64,000 nt of DNA. It comes from Psilocybe cubensis (Eukaryota). The stretch spans positions 1,736,001 through 1,800,000 of the forward strand of contig CM038998.1 of the NCBI GenBank assembly GCA_017499595.2, given 5' to 3'. Positions 38,483 to 50,426 of the stretch are shown in pieces. How positions within the stretch are numbered: the stretch's first letter is position 1; each line of letters opens with the position of its first letter. A model generated the notes under the pieces. That model ran no database searches. It worked only from the letters and a program-made list of their open reading frames with translations, and had not been told where the DNA came from. The position numbers and the translations under genes are program-made.

Positions 38483-41199
38483 TTAGCTATCACTGCCACC
38501 AGCCCGAACAGATTCCCCCCGCCTTTTCATGTACAAATATACTTTGCGTATATCATCGTACATGAAGATCGGGACGAGGACGGCCATGACTGGAACTGCA
38601 ATCGTCCAGAAGCTACGGTTCCCTCCAATCAGCATGCTTCAAACAGTCAGCAAACACGCCTTACAATACATCCGAGTGTGCATCGACGCTCCAGAACGGT
38701 GTAAAGTTCATTCCCTAAAAGATGAGGTCAACTTATCTCTGGTGTTTGCTTCAACATTAACTCACAAAGTATCCTGTGAGAAGGGTAAGAGGAAGGAAAA
38801 TTATCGTAGCAAGTGTGAGTCGATTCCTGTTATCTGGTCGTAAGGATACTTCATATGTTATCTGAAATGCCTCACATCACAATATTCATCTCATAAGAGG
38901 CCACCTAGGATAAGTATCAAACTCATGTTCCTACAAACCATTCATGAACTGACATTGAATGCATAGTTGATCAGGTTTTCTGAAATCCCCGCAAACATAT
39001 CCAAGCTCGTCAGGGCAAAATCCATATGGTCGCTGACATCCGCCTGTTTTTGGATCAGTAATACTCCTTCCAATGATCTCACTCACTCACCAAATAGACT
39101 TTGGCTTTATAGCTGAAATAGCCATGCACATTCGTACCTCCCTCTTTAGCTCGCTTGATCTTCTCCTGATCAATAGAATGCTGATGCTTTGTCGGATATC
39201 CACTCAGGCCGCTTGCTAGACTTGTAGCGCTATCCCCTTCGTTCAGATGCGAATCCCTAGAACCGTCATGCCTCGCGAAGTACTCGGCTTCAAACAGTTG
39301 TTTCAACCTTCTCTTTCTTTTGTGGGCCTGCAATGTCGCCTTCGAGTGCTTCTTTATATTGACATTCTGTTTCCCAGTTGCCTTACCTTCAGTTTCAATG
39401 GAATCAGTATCTGAAGAGCTCCCTATTTCCAGGGCAATGTTATCTGCTAGTGCACGAGATCTTTCCAGATCGTAGCGCCGCAGTCCATACACCATCGTTC
39501 TGATCGGCTCCAACGTTCTTTTGTGTAGTATGAGATCCCCGGATAATATGTGAACTGTAGCATGTGTTATCAGCATCCATTGAAGGAGTTATACAGAAAC
39601 TGTCAGTGGCTTACGACTCCGAACGCTTCGCATTACAGGGTTTAGCAGAATGTCATGCTCCAGTTTGTCAATCTTGACTTGATATTCATCTACTATCTCC
39701 AAAACGCGGTCCACCACTGCGTATAAATAGTGGGCCAAACCAACTTTGGTAGCGTCAGGAATGGTACCCACCGAGATCAAGCAAGCTCTCTACGAGCAAT
39801 GAGGCATCTTCCGATGTCCGTAACACTGAATCGACACGGTGCAGTCGTTCGGCAATCGGTGCGGTATAGTGTAGGTTCAGTGTAGGATGTATTGAAATGA
39901 CAGTTCCTGTTTAGGAAAAAAAATTGCTCAAGTATTCGAAGAAGCATTGAATAAAACAACGTACCATCGTGCAACAGAAATATGAACATTGGGTCATGAT
40001 TGACAAAAACGCGGTCACCTGCAGTCAACGCTCTGATTTGTCTTCGTTTTTCCTCTCTTGACTGAGGTCAATTATGAGATGTGATAGTTCAATATTATCA
40101 GGAAAACGGACCTACGGGACCAGCAATACCGCTCAGAGCACTGAATCTTTTTCTCAAGGAAGATGGCAAGACGTTGTTGACAGCCGTCTTCCCTTTGGCT
40201 CTAATAGTTTGCTGTTTGGGTACAGACGTCGTTGAGAATCCTAAGGCATCATTAGGTTTATCGGAAAGCATATACAGTGTACTCGATTCGAGAGAATTGT
40301 CCATTCCGCCTTCCTCGACATCAAACTTTTTCTGGTCAGGATCATCGGAGACCTCACGAGACAAATCTCCCAGACCGTTCGCACTTCCTTCTTCAGTGTA
40401 TTGTGGCAATTCATTTGCTGTATTTCCCGTTGCATGTGGTAAGCTGAGTGTGTGACAGAGGACGCGGAGGAACAAATGTCCGGGGTAGTAGTCGGCTTTG
40501 GAATGAGTATGACCGCGTTCGTGCAAGATATCCTCCAAGGCGAGAGAGTGGAGATCTTTCCATAAGATTCAGAGAGAAGGCAGCAATTATATATCCACGT
40601 GACGTACTATATCTGAGCGCGATAGCACTCAATACACTCCAGTCAATGCCCCCAATGTTTATCCACCGAACCATGCGTGGAGGGATTTCGCCATGTTCGC
40701 GGGACTCGTCGACCTCTCTCTTTTTCAAGAAGCTAATCAGTCCAGCGTTGGTGAATCTCTGGAATGAAACATCTTCAGAGTCATAATCATATACTTCTAT
40801 AACGCAATCTTGTTTGAAGTGACTGTACTCGGCGATAGAATCGCCACTTCGAGGATTGACTCCAGGTTCTGCACCAATGTGTTGCTCGTGATCATGGTGA
40901 CGTTCCCTAGGATTTTGCGCTTATTTCTCTTTGATTAATAGCACGTTACGGAGTACGTGAAGAGGCTTACCCCAATGCGATGGTGGTGCCGTTAAACGGA
41001 TTGGTCTGACAGGGGCCGACATGAACCGTGAAGAACCGTATTCAGGAGGCGAATGTGTTGATGACACCGGTTGTGAACTGTATGAGTTCGAAAGCCTATG
41101 CGAGTGGCTGCTTCCCCGAAAAGCTGGAGGCATTTGTGGTCGTGGTCGAGACCTGAGATCTTGAGAGTGGTGAAGATTGGGTGGATGCTCGTGCGTCAT
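38483..41199 (-). CDS. CorA-like magnesium/divalent cation transporter
   Basis: GAEPGVNPR, VRWINIGGIDW, LALEDILH, KADYY, LLTGYF-GMNF signature and two C-terminal TM helices. Start and end are approximate. Confidence 0.85.
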
Positions 41200-41342
41200 T
41201 GCGCGTTGATTGAGCGTCCCTGACGTGCCTGGACGGTACAAGCGGGCCGAGAAAGCCGACACTGAGGTGACTAATGTAAACGTATGAGCTTTCAGCTTCC
41301 ACCTTGACATCCATCTCATCTTCTCAGTTATTTAATAATATT

Positions 41343-42087
41343 ATGTCTATTACACATCTGACTTCCCTATCCCAACTCGACACAATCCTGTCCAAATCCA
41401 AAGACAAACTCTCCGTACGTCCGTTATTTGCTGTTGTGTTCAATGAACTAATCGAAATTGTTCAGGTCATTGACTTCCACGCATCCTGGTACGAAAGGAT
41501 ATACATGTCCTCTGGTGGCTCATGGCTTATTATATTATAATCCTAAATATTTTAGGTGTGGTCCATGCCATGCCATTGCACCCACCTTTGAGGCTTTGGC
41601 CAAGCAATACCCATCGGTCAACTTTCTAAAGTGCGACGTCGACGCCGTCTCTGATGTTGCACAGAAGTACAAAGTCACTGCCATGTAAACATTTTTATAT
41701 CGCCCTTATCGTTATATTAACTATGCATCAGGCCTACGTTTGCCTTCTTGAAGGGAAATACCCAGATCGATACCCTGAGAGGTGCAGACAGGGCGTACGT
41801 GGGATCATTTTCTCTCCATACTGAACCACTCTCACATTTTTAAATTTCTCAGAGGACTCACTGAGAAAATCAGAAAACATGCGACCAGTTCAGGCAGTTC
41901 ATCGGCAACAAGTGCATTCTCTGGCAAAGGCCGCACTTTGGGAGGTGAACCTGCCGCACCGGATGTTGCAGGAGAGGTTAAAGTAACGTTGGATAAGGCT
42001 TCACAAGGTCTCAACAGTCTCGATCCTCAATTGAAAGTATTGATGCTCCTTCTCGGTTTATATTTCATATTTTGGTTTTATGGGTGA
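41343..42087 (+). CDS. Thioredoxin (WCGPC) with a C-terminal SHP-box-like motif and hydrophobic tail
   Basis: VIDFHASW|CGPCHAIAP, FLKCDVD and VTAMPTF; then FSGKGRTLGG and terminal LKVLMLLLGLYFIFWFYG*. Confidence 0.88.
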
Positions 42088-42347
42088 AGAATGGCGTCGT
42101 GTGTACATACCGCCGAAAGATTTATTTTTAATACATACAATTTATTCATATTCCAGGAAGTACTGACCGACACAAGGCTGACATGTTGTTACATCCGCAT
42201 ACCGCGGAGGATGTTGGTAGAGAGAGAGCAGCAGAAAAGAGCAATGAAAAAAGTATGCACCTATATAGTTTCCAATCACGTAGGCTGTGAAGTAACGCAA
42301 CTTCGACGACTTTGGAAGGGGGAACTACTTAGATTGTCACAATTTGA

Positions 42348-43423
42348 CTAAGAAGGTCCCCATCCCATAGTCGTCCAAGCTTGTTTAGCCGCTTCTTCCT
42401 TTGCTATCTTCTGGCTCTTGCCAATACCGCGGCCATATTCGACTCCGTTGACTGAGAGTGAATCATTGATCCCTTAGAAAAATCGGCACTGTTTGAAATA
42501 AAGGTACTTACTAAAGCACTTGACGGTCCAGGTAGGCTGGTGAGAGGGTCCAACTTGATCTGCTGCATAGGTCACTTGAAGGCCTTTCTGAGCTGCAGTC
42601 TGGTTCACGAGAGCCAACGTTACCAGGCTCATCGATGAAGGTACAGTTGTCGGCGGATTTCCTGGAAGAGGAGGAGGAGGGAACGAGGGCTGAGGTGCAT
42701 ATATAGAAACAGGAGGTGCAGGAGGAGGACTTGCAAAACCTCCCATACTGGATTGACTAGAAGGAGGGGACGAATAACTTGCGGTTGAAAAGGAACCTTG
42801 GTAACCGACATGGCTCGGTGGCGGAGAACTACTATGGATACTGGGAGATGCTGCGTCAGGGAGCTTGACATCAACGCCAGGATCAATCAAACAAGATATC
42901 CAGGTCTGAATTACAGCAAGACCATTACGGATATAAAGGGCGCCTATGTATGTGCAGAAGTATTTGCGCAGTTCCTGAAAAATTGTGAGCCATGTTAGCT
43001 AATGAAATGGATAGCTGAGGTCGTACCTGTGGATCCTGCAAAACCTCAACTTTATCAGGAGAAATACGGAGTTTTTCCTTGAGGCCATACGCCTTGAGCC
43101 ACGAGTCGATATTTTCATCTGACACGACTTCTGCTTTCCTAATCTGTAGCTCCTAGCGTCAGATCTCCAATACGCATGTTCTCCCTTCAACGCACCTCGA
43201 TATCGCGAGCGGTCAACAAAGGCCTTCCAGAGAAAAGATGATAGGTGACCACCATATCAAGAACTTTGGATCCTAATTCCGCAAGGCGGTCGCTATCACC
43301 ATAATCGTGGTTCATGACCGGATTTAATCGAAGGGACTGGTGCGTGAACACGTCTAGCATAAGGTCGACATCACCATCGATCTTGGGGATAGGGGGCAAT
43401 CCCTCATGACCTAAAGAAGACAT
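42348..43423 (-). CDS. RNase III-like domain + Pro/Ser linker + C-terminal dsRNA-binding domain; catalytic residues degenerate
   Basis: VFTHQS, DRLAELGSKVL and FCTYIGALY (RNase III fold); GPSHQPTWTVKC...GRGIGKSQKIAKEEAAKQA (dsRBD). Confidence 0.8.
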
Positions 43424-44070
43424 GGTAGAATAGTGGGAAACAAAGGGAATGGAGTCAAGAAAGCACAAGCTTTATATAGAGAAAGCAGTGGCAATGGTGG
43501 CAGAGTGGCACATCACAGAGTCTGCGTGGGAAGAATGCAAGATTTCTATTAATTACATTGGAGATCGATAAGAAGACAAGCGCTTAAATTCTCGGAGCCC
43601 TCTCCAGACATGCTGCGCAGACATTCCAAGATATTACGAATATATTTCTAGGTGACTGCTTGGTAGACGCCCAAATTAAACTTTTGGGCTACTTAATTCG
43701 TAATCTGATAAGATAAGATGGACAAACAAAGTCAAATTCACACCGACAAGTAAACGATCACGTGAAACTAAACTACAATGCCGTTGAAAGGCGAGCAACT
43801 TTGACCACAATTCCAGTATACAAACACTTGGTTCACAGGTTCCAAGGCTAAAGCTTTTACCTTCTGACTCTCCAAACCATCGTCAGGCACGTCATTTGGA
43901 TATACGTGGTGGTCGGTTGTTCAAGCTCACGTTTACCCTAACGAATCTTCTTCAATCTCCAGTGGGCTAGCCTGGATTATCCCCGTACCCACCAGCCTGG
44001 GGAGCTTTCCGTGGCCGAACACTACTGGTTAACATAGAGTGCGCACAATTACTGTGCACTGGGCCAACTA

Positions 44071-47000
44071 ATGTCCACACCTATTTCCGGTGCAAAGAAA
44101 GCACCCTCCAACCCATTGATCCCCGAAAAGTATCTCGATGTACCTACACAAAGGCTATATTTTCTGAGCCTCGGTCTACTGTGCCAGGTTAGTTGCCCAA
44201 ACTATGTTACCCTAATTTTACTCAGCTTTGTCTGTTGTACTGCAGTCTATCAAAATTTTGGACTTTGTATGGTCGCTAGCAGCATCCGATGGGCGTCTGA
44301 CGACATGTCGGAAGTGGCTTTTCTTCGATCTCGCCTATTGCGTTGTGCTATCTCAACTTCGAATCCCTCGGCTAACCTATAGCAAGGCCAGCGTGATTCT
44401 ACAGATATGTTCCCTGTGGTTCTTGGATGCGTTGTTGTTTGGAGGGATCAGCATCAACGCACCTGCGCTCCTCGGCAGTATTGCATTGACATCACAAGTG
44501 CAAGGTATTATCCACATCATCATAGAAATTAAATCTTCATGCTCATGTAAATGTTTCCTAGCACCGGACGTTTCACTATTCCGTGGACTTATTGCGCCTC
44601 TAAGCTTTGGGATGATATCGTCAGCACCGAATTCTGGAGACCCACATCTTCTTGGCCAACACACTGTTCGAATGTCTCCAATCAGTACAGCCCATCTTAA
44701 TCCCGAAAATTTAAACTTTTGTTTGCCATCGTCCAATACGCACATCCTTCTTCCCATTGTTCTCAACAACACCAATGTTGTTGGTTTAAAGTACTCTTTA
44801 ACACCGCTAGGCTATGATGAGGATGGTGTCGGGAAGGTGGAAATCCACGAGGTGAATGCCAAGGCTTTGAAGTCAGCAGAAGATCTCTATAAAAAGGAAA
44901 TGATGGTAGCAGCTCAATCGGGTCCTAGCTTGAACTTCGAGGATGAATATGATGAATATGATGACGACGACGACACAGAAGCACAAGGCATTCATACCAC
45001 ACTTCAGCAAACTCAATCTCTCATTCACATTGCAGTTTCCCGTGCCGGAGTCATTCGCTTAGAGCAAGTTTACGATTCTTCCAATGTCGAGGCACGACTA
45101 GTTGTCTCAAAAGCTGTGGTCGTTCCCTGTCCCAGCGTAGAATTTGCAGAAGATGAAGGGTCAGCCAAACAAAATATCCGATGCGCTGGTCAGGAATCAC
45201 ATCCAGAGCTAAAAATTAACGTGCATGGAGTACCACCATTAAGTCTGCGCTGGCTAAAGACTGTCAATGGGCATCGAGAACAATTCTTGGTCGAGGGCAT
45301 AGAAGGAGAGCACAAAGATAAAAAAAGACGTCATAGCGAGGTTACATCCTCTGATGTTAAAGAACCAACAACTGCGTTGGTTCTGTCAAGAGTTCCAGAT
45401 GCTCAAAAGGTTTCAATACCACTAACTGTAACTCTTGAGAAAGCTGGAACATATCTCTATGCTTTGGAAGAAATAACGGACGGTGTTGGAAACACGGTGC
45501 GCATGGGATATGAATCTACAACTGCGGAGCCCAACTTTGTCAGCAAGACCAAAACAACCCGATCCTTCACGGTCCTTCAAAAACCTGCAGTTTCATTCTC
45601 GGGCTGCACTATTGACTCTCCAACGAAACTGACGGTAGGAGAAGAAAAGTACCTTAAGGTCACAGCAATCAAGGCGGATCTTTTCGACGCACCTTGGGAT
45701 ATCACTCTGAATTATCGCCCCCCGATTGATGGTGACGTCAAACGCGGGAAACCATGGAACAAAAACTTCAAGATCAAAGCTGGTGAAACAGGATTAAGTG
45801 TGCCTGCATACGCTCCGGGAGAATACAGATTGCTCTCTGTCAAAGGCAAAGTGGGTGTCTTCATGTTGCTTCAATTTGTATCTTACCCTTCCAATCCAGT
45901 ACTGTACAGGAACTGTTATGGCCCCCGACGCGTGTAAGGTTGTGCAAGTGCCAATGCCATCCGCCGAGATTGAATGGAAACGGATCCATGAATGGTAATC
46001 AATCTCTGTTAGGAGAATTCAATCATATTAACATTATCTTCAGCTCAGGAGATACAGGCATTTCTTCGACGATCATATTGCACGGAACCCCTCCCTTCAT
46101 GGTTTATTACACTGTTAAGCGAGACAATGAACCGGCGCGTGAAATTGCGAAGAGGTTCCACTCTTCTCGCAACGAATTAACTTTCCAGCCCGAAAGCAGT
46201 GGTCACTATACTTTCACTTTCACAGCCATCACCGATGCACACTACACGAAGAAGATAGAACTGGACGGCCCGAGCATCGAGCAGATGATACATCCCGTTG
46301 CGTCAGCCGACTTCAGTGCGGATAAAAAGCATATCATCACCACTTGCTGGGGAGACTTCGTTGACGTGGATGTTGATCTAAGAGTATGTGTGCTGGCTTT
46401 GACATCTGCGTAACCTGATCCAATTTCGTTCAATCTCAAGGGGACTGGTCCATGGAATCTTGAGGTGCAAATCATTGGACCAGAAAATACTGAAACGCTC
46501 CAGATCCCAAATATTAGTCAAAAAAGAAGAACTCTCAAACTCCCTATCCCTAAAGAACTCCTACGAAATAGCGGAAACTTTGAGATCAATCTATGTGAGT
46601 TGGTTTTGCTGCTTGTCAGGTAGATTGCTTAAATGTTGCAGTAAATGTTGAGGATGCATCTAAGTGTAAGAGACCGCTGACCGTGGCACCGCTCAAAGCA
46701 ATCGTCAAAAGAGTAGTGGTGCGTCTTTTTTGTAACTTTCGAAAAGCTTTCTATTGAGTAGTTTATAGCCCACTGCACGCTTTTATGGCAAAGAGTCTGA
46801 GCGGCGAATAGTGGTAACTGAGAACGAACCAGTGGATCTTCCTCTGCGCTTGACAGGAGAGAAAGTGAGATTATATATCTTGATGTGTCATCATAATGGG
46901 CAGTTGTGCTTACGCCTCCTTTAAGCCCTGGTGGATTGAATACCGCAAAGTGGGTACTGGCGATGTCAAACGTCTCCGGGCGCCAGACGTAAACGCAAAC

Positions 47001-48644
47001 ATTCAAGTCAGGGAAAAGGGTGTATATGAACTTGTTTCAGTAAGAAACAATCTTTGTACAAGGTATACATCGGACATCGATATTGATGATTCATATTCCA
47101 GGTTTTCGACTCAGAATGCAAGGGTACAATCGCAGAAGACTCGTCGACATATACAGTTGAATGGATTCCTAGACCGTCTGCCCAACTGGCTCCGTCAACC
47201 CCTGCTACTTTCGATGTTTACAATGGTTCCCATATCCTCCGGCCAATTTGCGAAGGCACGAATGACCATGTCGACCTTGATTTAACAGGTACCATCCGCC
47301 ACAATGTCTATCAAGATATCATGACTGATCGTTTCCAAAGGCAGACCTCCTTTCCAGATCATGTACAATATTGCACAGAACGGTGAATCCGGTGGAACAA
47401 AAATCATGGGAGAGCCCGTGTTCAATAGCATACAGCCTCGCACTAGGTTCCAGTTGCACACTTCCACAGCGGGAAGGATGTATTATGAAGTCAAACAAAT
47501 CGGCGACGCTGCATATCCTTTGTCCAAGAGCAAAGACATGGTCATTCCTCGCTCCCAAAGACTTTTGTTCGAGCAGCAGGTTTCAATCCGGCCTTCCGCT
47601 CGCTTCAAAAATCGTAACCGTCTCTCATACTGTCTTAACGATGCATTGGTCCCTTTGGATACAGCAGCGGACGGGGCGGTGGTTTTGGAAGGCACTCCTC
47701 CGTTCACTCTGGAGTTATCCATCAAGAACATCGCTGCTAGCCATGTCGACAAAACGACAATCCAGATCCCAACGAACACCTGGAGACTTGATGTTCCTTC
47801 CTATACTTTTACTTCTATTGGCCCTCACTTAATCACTATCGAAAAGGTGTCCGATGCTTCAAATTGCGAACAAGCTGCTCTGGATCCACTGTTACGCTCG
47901 ACTTGGGTGGATGTTGCAGAGACGGCTGCTATAATACCATTTGAGCGGCGCGAAGACATTTGTGTCGGAGACGTTACACGATTCCAACTCGAAGGCATTC
48001 CTCCATGGACTATATCGTGAGTCCGTAGATAGCTACCGGTTGTCATTCTGTCTTACATGCTCCTTTATTGTAGATATCAAGTGAACGGAAAATCACTCAC
48101 GCAAACCGTGAAAACTTCTCCCTTCTCTATTGTCCAACAACAACCGGGTTTGTTTACGGTTAGCAGCATTGCTCACCAGCAGAAGATGTGCAAAGCCGCC
48201 GTCGCGGATCTTCGATTTACGGTTCATCCACTTCCTTCGGCCCAAGTTGGTCATGGAAAGAAGATATTCCAGGACATACACGAAGGCAAGTTCTCTATAC
48301 TTAGCTTCATTGTCAAACATCTACTCACAGGCATTTTTTCTAGGCGATCAAGCGGAAATAGTGTTTACACTCATCGGAGAGCCGCCATTCACATTCACAT
48401 ATCAAAGATCTGAACTACCCTCTAAGAAAGGGGTACCTGGGAAGGTACTCGAAACCCATACCGTGTCTCGTGTGCAAACCAACGAATATTCTATATTCTC
48501 TGCCCTGGAAGGTACGATTGTTTCTGACAAACTAGCTAGAATTTTATCTCATGCCATTATCCAGGAACATGGACCGTAACATCTATATCAGATCGGTACT
48601 GTCGCTACCCCGCACAGCCAGACGCATCGGTAGAAAAGCAATGA
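44071..48644 (+). CDS. POM152: Nuclear pore membrane glycoprotein Pom152
   Basis: PLIPEKYLDVPTQRL N-terminus, LRIPRL TM region, repeated Ig-like units (GTPPF, GIPPW, GEPPFTFTY) and terminal ISDRYCRYP. Confidence 0.92.
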
Positions 48645-48792
48645 GTGGTGATCACAAGTGTTTAACTCATTGATAGGCATTGTACCATATACATAGTTCG
48701 ATTCAATTTAATTGCATCTTGAGTAAATGATTGCACCCTGTATAATACTTGCAGTCCAAAAAGGCCGTTCTATTTTATAATTTGCGCTAGCT

Positions 48793-50091
48793 TTAGACTT
48801 GGGCAGAGGAAATGTAGAACCATTTGGACACTATACTCTGTGTTAGCATGATTGCGGTGTTCAGGAAAACAAGTCATACCAGAAGGATCGATGGGGGCAG
48901 CAGGCCTTCCTGAAGCAGGGGGGAGGCTGGTGTAGGAAGGGTCGTCCCTGCGGACAAAGCCAGGCGAATTTTCGATGGTAATATTACGGCTATATCGAAT
49001 ATACGTTATAGATCAGCAGCTCCAGCAGGCGCAAGAAAACGACACTTACATAGAAAGATCGTAGGACGGGGTTTTGGCCGGAGATTCACCAGTGATCAAA
49101 CGGCGCCAGGCTTCGTGGCACTCGTGAATGATCTCGGTGGCGTACTTTTTATTTTTGGCCTCGCCGGAAAAGGCGAAAATGTTTTCAGGCTTTCCATCGG
49201 GAATTTTGTAGATCCTACATAAAGAAAAATTTAAACACTTGTAAAATTCATGGTCAAAACGTCCTACCTGAACCATTCGTTAGTGGCTCGGATGAGGCCA
49301 GGCAGATGCCTTTCGACATCCTCGATGTCGTTTAGCTTGGAAGCCAAGGGGTCGAGCACGTCGACGACGATGACCTTCCAGTCAGTCTCACCTTCGTCGA
49401 GGAGAGCCATGATGCCGAGGACCTTGACCTGCTTGACCTGGCCGACGTAACCGACCTGCTCGCCGATCTCGCAGACATCAAGGGGATCATTGTCACCCTT
49501 GGCCTTGGTCTCGGCGTGCTGTTGAGAGGGGTCCTCCCAGGTCTACAAAGGAACAGATTTGAGGCGATAAGCGCTAATGACGGCCGAAACCGATCGCGAT
49601 TTGTACACATACCTGGGGGAAGGCGCCGTAGTTCCAGATGTAGCCGTGGTGAGGGAAACAGTTCCTCACGTAGCGAAGCTTGCCACGCTTAATATCCTGC
49701 TTGATGGGATTGAAGGGCTCCTCCTTGGAGATTTCCATTTTTGCGTTGGTCCAGCGGGGGACCTCGACGATCATGTTGAGGATGCCATTGCTCTGGTCGG
49801 CGAAGAGAGGTATGTCGTGGAAGCTTGAGACGACGGAGCCATTCTGCTCGATGAAGACGCGATGCTCTATCGATTTGATCAGATCTAGTCAGCTACGACG
49901 GAGAGCAAAGATGCTCACCAAGGGTATTGGCAGCGCCGATGAGACGAGGAGTGTACGCTGTATGAAGCGTCAGCTCAAGGCAGAATAAGAAAAGGAAGGG
50001 AAATACCGGAAGACATGGTGGATGGATTCGAAGAGGAAACGAATCTGAGTTGTTGGTTAAGACGCTGTACTGTGTTTGGCCCAAAGGTCAT
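48793..50091 (-). CDS. IPP1: Inorganic pyrophosphatase (family I), with a possible N-terminal mitochondrial extension
   Basis: [50 protein letters not shown] and [11 protein letters not shown] motifs; in-frame ATGs at 50091 and 50016. Confidence 0.95.
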
Positions 50092-50426
50092 AGGGCGGTA
50101 GATTGGTATACTCTGTGTTTTCGTCAAGTCATTATTGCACCATACTCTGCATTTATTTCCCACAAACCTTGGGTTCAACCGCGTGGACGAGCGGCCTCCA
50201 CAAGCCTCTAAATACATTCATATATACTTCCTTTGCCCCCTATTTCAATCCAATTTCACGAACGAGTCTAAGGTGCGGAAGAAACAGGATCGGCTTTCCA
50301 CAATACTTTTGCCGGAATTATCACATCCTTTTCCACTAAATTACCACATCAGGAATAGTTAACTTGACAGGGGCGCGACGCGTCGACATTTACATACAAA
50401 AAATACATGCTATTTTACACAGACTG

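Noticed and set aside
37743-38843. Several 100-170 aa ORFs between the low-complexity gene and the CorA-like gene
   Set aside because: They correspond to a pyrimidine-rich 5' UTR/promoter and to the antisense of CorA terminal exons.
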